Shown here piece after piece: positions 55,054 to 64,000 of a DNA stretch of 64,000 nt (positions are counted from its first letter, which is position 1; every line of letters begins with the position of its first letter). The translations under genes and the position numbers were made by a program. The notes under the pieces were generated by a model. It saw only the letters and a program-made list of their open reading frames with translations. It was not told the origin of the DNA and did no database searches. This stretch comes from the human T2T-CHM13v2.0 reference genome, Homo sapiens, in assembly GCF_009914755.1 (NCBI RefSeq), contig NC_060930.1, one strand, 5' to 3'.

Positions 55054-56331
55054 CTTTTTTTTTGAGATGGGGTTTCACCCTGTCACTGGAGTGCAGCAGC
55101 ACGACCTCAGCTCTCTGCTGTGGGGGAAAGAAAGAGAGATCAGACTGTTACTGTGTCTATGTAGAAAGGAGTAGACATAAGAAACTCCATTTTGTTCTGT
55201 ACTAAGAAAAATTCTTCTGCCTTGAGATGCTGTTAATCTGTAACCCTAGCCTCAACCCTGTGCTCGCAGAGACATGTGCTGTGTTGACTCAAGGTTTAAT
55301 GGATTTAGGGCTGTGCAGGATGTGCTTTGTTAAGAAGTGTTTGCAGGCAGTATGCTTGGTAAAAGTCATCGCCATTCTCCAGTCTTGAGTACCCAGGGAC
55401 ACAATGCCCTGTGGAAGGCCGCAGGGACCTCTGCCTAGGAAAGCCAGGTGTTGTCCAGGGTTTCTCCCCACTGAGACAGCCTGAGATATGGCCTCGTGGG
55501 AAGGGAAAGACCTGACCATCCCCCAGCCTGACACCCGTAAAGGGTCTGTGCTGAGGAGGATTAGTGAAAGAGGAAGGCCTCTGCAGTTGAGATAAGAGGA
55601 AAGCATCTGTCTCCTGCTCCTCCCTGGGAATGGAATGTCTTGGTGTTAAACCCGATCATACATTCTATTTACTGAGATAGGAGAAAACCGCCTTATGGCT
55701 GGAGGTGAGACATGCTGGCGGCAATACTGCTCTTTACTGCACTGAGATGTTTGTGTAAAGTCAAACATAAATCTGGCCTACGTGCACATCCAGGCACAGC
55801 ACCTTTCCTTAAACTTATTTATGACACAGAGACCTTTGCTCACATGTTTTCCTGCTGACCCTCTCCCCACCATTACCCTATAGTCCTGCCACATAGCCCT
55901 CACCAAGATGGTAGAGATAGTGATCAATAAATACTGAGGGAACTCAGAGACCAGTGCTGGCATGGGTCCTCCATATGCTGAGCGCTGGTCCCCTGGGCCC
56001 ACTGTTCTTTCTTTATACTTTTTCTCTGTGTCTTATTTCTTTTCTCAGTCTCTGGTCCCACCTGACGGGAAATACCCACAGGTGTGGAGGGGCTGGCCCC
56101 CTTCATCTACAGTCTTGATTACCCAGCTTCAAGCGATCCTCCCACCTCAGCCTCCCCAATAGCTGGGACCACAGGCATGTGACACAATGTCCTGCTAATT
56201 TTTTTATTATTTGTAGAGATGAGGTCTTGCTATATTGCCCAGGATGGTCTTGAACTCCTGGGTTCAAGAGATTCTCCTGCATCAGCCTCCCAATGTGCTG
56301 GGATTGCAGTTGTGAGCCATCACGTTCAGCC
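55054..56331 (-). mobile_element. AluJ split by the LTR5 insertion (55054-55118 and 56106-56331)
   Basis: Alu right arm stops at ...ctcagctctctgc and resumes tctacagtcttga...aagcgatcctcccacctcagcc. Confidence 0.88.
55119..56105 (+). mobile_element. HERV-K (HML-2) solo LTR, LTR5 family (LTR5B-like, not LTR5_Hs)
   Basis: Starts tgtgggggaaagaaagagagatcagactgttactgtgtctatgtagaaag, ends caggtgtggaggggctggcccccttca; 987 bp; poly(A) signal AATAAA at 55926; 5-bp TSD tct(g/a)c. Confidence 0.93.
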
Positions 56332-56407
56332 AAATTCACCTTAAATATATGAAAATGTATTTATCCTCACTCATAGTAAGATAAGTGAAAATTAAAATTA
56401 CATAAAG

Positions 56408-57420
<1,013 letters not shown>

Positions 57421-58391
57421 AAAAAACCCAAATAGTCAAACAAATATATACACATGTTATACACATATTGTCGTTAGAACAATTTCTGTTAGTAATTTGT
57501 TTAAATTATCTTTAAGAATTTAAAGAGTTTTTTTCTAAAGCCGCATATTATTCATTACAAATGAATAATCTTTCTTTTTTTCAAAGCAGAAAGGAATTTA
57601 TTAAGAAGATTTGCGTTCAGAATTTCTGGCATGGTGTGGGTACCATACCATCAATGCCAGGCTGTCAAGAGAAATGCCTTTAACCACACTGTAATTTTTC
57701 AACAAAAATTGTGCTTGCTGCAGCTATAGTCTGCTATATATAATTTTGGTTGCATACATCCTTTTTGTGACTAATAATATTTTAATTATTTATTTGACAT
57801 ATAATAGTGCATATTTATAGGGTACGTAATGATGTATAATAGATAGGGATCAGTTGAAGGTAATTAGCATATCCATCTTCTCAAACATTTATCATTTCTT
57901 TGTGTTGGGAACATTCAATATCCTCCTTCTAGCTATTCGAAACTATGTAATATATTTTTGTTAACTATAGCCATCTACAGTGGTATAGAGCACTAGAATT
58001 TATTCTTCCTAACTAGTTGTAATTTTGTATCCTTTAATAGATGTCTCCTTATTTCCCCTTCCCCCTATCCTTCTTAGCCTCTAGTATCCTTTGTTCTACT
58101 TTTGATTTCTATTAGATCAACATTTTTTAGCTTGCACGTGTGAGTGAGAACATGCAGTGCTTAACTTTTTGTTCCTAGCTTATTTCACTTAACATAAGAT
58201 TCTCCAGTTCCATCTATATTGCCATGAATAACAGGATTTCATTCTTTATAATGGCTGAATAGTACGCCATCGTGTGTATATATGCCACATTTTCTTTATC
58301 CATTCATTTGTTGTTGGACACAGGTTAATTCCATATCTTGGCTATCGTGAATAGTGCTGCAATAAACATAGGGGTGCAGTTGTGTCCTTGA

Positions 58392-59071
<680 letters not shown>

Positions 59072-59633
59072 TACTAGTTTACATTCCTACCAACAATGTA
59101 TGAGTTCCCTTTTCTCTGCATCCTTGCCAACATTTGTTATTTTTTGCCTTTTTGATAGTAGCCAATCTAACTGGGGTAAGATGATACCTCACTGTGATTT
59201 TAGTTTGCATTTCCTTGATGCTTAGTGATGCTGCACAACTTTTCATATATTTTTTGGCCATTGGTATGTCTTTTGAGGAATGTCTATTCATATCGTTTGC
59301 CCATTTTTAATTAAAATTCTTTTCTGGCGGTTGAGATGTTTGAGTTCCTTGTATATTCTGTTTATTAATCCCCTGCCAGACAAATAGTTTGCAAATATTT
59401 TCTCCCATTCTGTGTGTTGCCTTTTCACTCTGTTGATTGTTTCCTTTGCTATGCAGAAGGCTTTTAGTTTGATATAATCCTATTTGTTTGTTTTTGCTTT
59501 CATTGCCTGTGCTTTTGAGGTCTTTTTCATAAAATCTTTCCCCAGACCAATGTCTTGAAGCATTTCCCTTATGTTTTCTCCTAGCAGTTTTATTGTTTCA
59601 GGTCTTACATTTATGTCTTTGATCTATTTTGAG

Positions 59634-59933
<300 letters not shown>

Positions 59934-61922
59934 TAGGATAAGAGGTGACGGTCTAGTTTCATTCTTCTGCATGTAGATATCAAGTTTTCCCAGCACCATT
60001 TATTGAAAATACTGTCCTTTCCCCAATGAGTGTTCTTGGCACCTTTGTCAAAAATCAGTTTCATATAAATACATGGATTAATTTATGGGTTCTTTGTTCT
60101 GTTCCATTGTTCTATGTGTCTGTTTTTATGTCAGTACCATGCTGTTTTGGTACTAAAGCTTTGTAGCATATTTTGAAGTCTAGTAGTGTGATGCCTCCAG
60201 CTTTGTTCTTTCTGCTCAGAATTGCTTTGGCTATTCAGGGTTTTTTTTTTTTTTTTTTTTTGGTTCCAGACAAATTTTAAGATTATTTTTTCTATTTGTT
60301 GTGAGGAATATCATCGGCATTTTGATAGGAATTGCATTGAATTTGTAGGTTGCTTTGGGTATTGTGGTCATCTTAACAATACTGATTCTTCCCATTCATG
60401 AACATGGAATGTCTTTCCATTTATTTGTTTCTTCTTCAATTTCTTTCATCAATGTTTTATAGTTTTTCTTGTCAAGTTCTTTCACCTTCTTGGTTAAATT
60501 TACTCATAGACATTATTTTGTAGCTATTGTAAATGGAATTGGCTTCTTGACTTCTTTTTCATCTAGTATGTTGTTTTTGTATAAACATTGCTGATTTTTG
60601 AGTGTCGGTTTTGTATACTGCAACTTTACTGAACCCTTTTATTAGTTCTAAGAATTTTTTGGTAGAGTCTTCAGTTTTTCTACATATAAGATCATGTCAC
60701 CTTCAAGTAGGAGCAACCTGACTTCCTTCTTTCCAATTTGGATGCCCTTTATTTCTTTCTCTTGCCTAATTGCTCTCGCTAGAACTTTTAGTACTATGAT
60801 AAATAAAAGTGGTGAGGGGCATCCTTGTCTTGTTTCAGTTCTTAGAGAAAAATATCTCAGCTTTCCCTCACTCAGTATGATGTTGGCTGTGGGTTTTCCA
60901 TATATGGCCTTTATTGTGTTGAGGTACTTTCTGTCTATACCTAATTTATTGAGAGTTTTTATCATGAAGGAATGCTGAATTTTATTGAATGCTTTTTCTG
61001 CATCTATTGAGATGCTCATATAGTTTTTGTCATTCATTCTGTTTACGTGATGTATCACATTTATTGATTTGTGTATGTTGAGCCATCCTTGCATCCCTTG
61101 TATAAATCTCACTTGATCATGGTGTATTATCTTTTTGATGTATTGTTGGATTTTGTTTGCTAGTGTTTTGTTGAGGATTTTTGCAGCTGTGTTCATCAGG
61201 GATATTGACCTGTAGTTTTCTTTTTTTATTGTGTTTCTATAGTGATTTTTATGCATCTGATAGAACAGTTGCCTCTTCCAATTTTATGGAGTAGGTTTTG
61301 TAGGGAAATACTTATTTATATATATGGCTCTTGGGGTGTCAGTTTGGTGGAGTGCATTGGCTTTGGTTCTAGGTAGATGCAGCAACATAGTCTCTGTGCA
61401 GTTTTCTCATGGAAGGATGTTTGTGTCTCAGTGGCTTAGGCTGAGAATTTGTGGTGGTGGTAGCAGTACCTCTTTGCTGAGGGTGGGATTACAAGGCTGT
61501 TTCTCAGGTCTGGAGTGTGTGCATATGCAAGGTGGGTCAGCCAACTTGGGGCCTGGCGCTCTGGGGTTGGGGCCATGGGCGTGTTATTCTAGCCAGGCAC
61601 TGATGTGCAGTTGCTTGACCAGCCTGGGGCTGTGCCTTTCAACTATAGCCTGTGGGGCTGTTTCTCAGGTCCCAGATGTGGAGTCATGGCTGCTTAGCTG
61701 GCATGGAAATAATTCTGCCACAGGCAGCCCATGAGGCTGTTTCTCAAGCCTTGATTGCAGGCACGGGGCCCTTGGGCAGGCTAGGGGCATGTCCTTGAGG
61801 AAGGTAGGCACCACTGGGCTGTTCCTTAGACCCTGGGCCCAGGCATGTAGTTACTCCACTGGCCTGGGAGCATGTCAGCTGCTCAGTGGCTCAGGGATTT
61901 CTCCAGCTCAAGAGAGGGCACA

Positions 61923-62066
61923 CTGGTGCTGTGTCTCATGCCTATAACCCCAGCAATTTGGAAGGCTGAGGTGGGAGGATCACTTGAGCCCAGGAGTTTG
62001 AGGTCAGCCAAGGCACATAGTAAGACCTCATCTCTACAAAAAAATAAAAATAAAAAATAAATAAAC
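61923..62066 (+). mobile_element. Alu left monomer (FLAM) inside the L1 5'UTR
   Basis: ctcatgcctataaccccagc...gaggatcacttgagcccaggagtttgag...tail; TSD-like aagagagggcaca / aagagagaggaca. Confidence 0.85.
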
Positions 62067-63438
62067 AAGAGAGAGGACATAGTATGGTTTGGCTGGCTCA
62101 AGGGTGGGTTTGCCCTGGGCAGGACTGCCAGACTCTTCCTCTGGTGAGGAGGGTTGGTTTCCCTGCTGTGCAAGACCATCGTCACAGGAAATCCTGGACC
62201 CAGGTTCTGCAGCAGCTTGGACCACAGGGCCTGAGGAGGGCACACCTCCTGCTCCTAATCTGGAGCAGTGCAGCTGCATGAATTCCTAGCAGCTCTGCAA
62301 ACCAGGCTCAGGCAAGGACTGTGGAATTATTCTGTAGTAAAGATGGCAGGCAGCATCTGTGGTGGCAATGGAGATTGTTGGAATTCTTCTGCTTACCTTT
62401 TCCCTGAAAGGGAAGTCCCTTCTGTCTTCAAGCAAATCCAATCTGGGTGGGACAAGTAGAGCTGCAGAGGCCAGGTGCCTCCATAGGGCCCTTCTGGGCT
62501 TCTAATCACCACAGGTGCCTCTCCATTCCCTGCTGCACTCCAGCACTCTCCTTCAACACTACAGTCAATTCTCAGCTGTTTATTTGTTGCATTGGTCCTT
62601 TTTTGTCAGGGGGAGGAGCACCAAGTATCTCTAGTCAGCCATCTTGCTGATCTCACTCCTAGATATGTTTCTTAATTAAACAAAGATGTACATCCAGATT
62701 TCTTGATATAGAAAGATGTTCACATCATAAAACATACAAAATTGCATATATATATATATGCATAGATGTATAGATGTGTATAGAAATAGAGATAGATGGA
62801 GAGAGAGGAGAGATGTATACATTGTACACAGATACACACACGTCCCTCTAGAGAGATGCCTGAAAGTATTATAGGCATCAAATATTACCAGTGATAATCT
62901 CTCCCTAGGTGGGTAGAATTTGCAAAATTTTTGTTTTTTTCTTTGTACTTTTCTACAGTTGAATTTATTTTACAATTATTCCTCAAAAGAATAAAGTTTT
63001 GTAAAAGAATACAAGATATTCATGAGCTGGAAAAATTTATGCCTTAAGAATAATAACATAAGAATAATAACATCTAAATTGCCACTTGAGCTTAGAATAC
63101 AAATCGCTGATTTTAAAGTAAATGGCACTGGTTCTTTTTCTGAATAGCATGACAGCCTACCAAGAGCAGGATTTTTCTAAAGTTCCAGATATTTCCAGGT
63201 CTCACAGTTCTACAATTTTTTTTGTGCCAGTGCTTTCCTGGATGCAAATTTAGTCAGGAAATGAGTCCATGTTATTTTTTCTTGCCAAAAAACAAAATTA
63301 CACAGAAGAACTCATAAAAGAAAGGCGCTAATCCACCCCAAAATTAAAATCCCTTAAGCAGATAGCATATGCACCCTGAACAACACCAGCCTCACCTTAG
63401 CCTAATGTAGGAGATGATTTGGCCTGACTTTTATACCC

Positions 63439-63779
63439 TGTCTTAGTCTGTTTGTGTTGCTATAAAGAAATACCTGAGGCTGGGTAATTTATAAAGAAAA
63501 CAGGTTTATTTGGCTCATGGTTCTGCAAACTGCACAAGAAGCATGACAACAGCATCTGCTTCTAGTGAGAGCTTCAGGCTTCTTCCACTCATGGTGGCAG
63601 GTGAAGGAGAACCCACGTGTTCTTCTTAACCACCAGCTCTTATGGGAAATAACAGCGAAAGGGCATTCATGAGAGATCCACCCTCTGTGAACCAAACCCC
63701 TTCTACTAGGCGTCCCCTTCAATATTGAAGATCAAATTTCAACATAAGGTTTAGAGGATCAAATATCCAAACTACAGCA
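63439..63779 (-). mobile_element. MSTB-like MaLR solo LTR
   Basis: tgtcttagtctgtttgtgttgctataaagaaatacctgaggctgggtaatttataaag...caaatatccaaactacagca; 5-bp TSD taccc at 63434-63438 and 63780-63784. Confidence 0.87.
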
Positions 63780-64000
63780 TACCCTTATCCAGGAGAACTA
63801 CTAGGTTATTTTCTCCTCTCTACCTTGTCCTCTGGCACTGATCAATTTTCCTAAATTTCCTCTTCAAATCTTGAAGTTGCCAGCACAGTTGCTCCCTACA
63901 CTAAATTGTCACATGATCTCTTTACCCAGTAACTCCTCATGTATAACTGCAATATTGAAAGAAGCACAGGACTTCCAATGCCGATAACAAGTGTATACAT

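Overview
Primate (human/ape-like) nuclear DNA, AT-rich and dominated by interspersed repeats: about 18 Alu/FLAM copies, several L1s (one near full length at 10.2-16.4 kb, one internally deleted at 57.8-62.7 kb), MaLR LTRs (MSTA, MSTB, THE1, MLT1), a HERV-K(HML-2) LTR5 solo LTR, a decayed ERV-L-class pol relic, DNA transposons (MER1B, MER44, MER58, MER3), MIR/L2 relics and microsatellites. The only gene-derived sequence I recognise is a full-length RPL21 processed pseudogene (45480-46049). I found no credible protein-coding exon, RNA gene or CRISPR-like array, and the listed ORFs are repeat-derived or chance. I do not see evidence for a new biological system. The most unusual signals are structural: (i) a ~300-bp inverted copy of nearby sequence pasted into an Alu, followed by a 36-bp triplication; (ii) an L1 whose TSD encloses ~130 bp of extra sequence (3' transduction); (iii) a 108-bp copy of the neighbouring L1 at an ERV breakpoint; (iv) an L1 deletion fusing the ORF1 start codon in frame to the RT domain (202-aa ORF); (v) an ~84%-identical 180-bp duplicate 11.8 kb apart. 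Repeat subfamily names come from remembered consensus features and need RepeatMasker/Dfam confirmation. Boundaries of old repeats are approximate.
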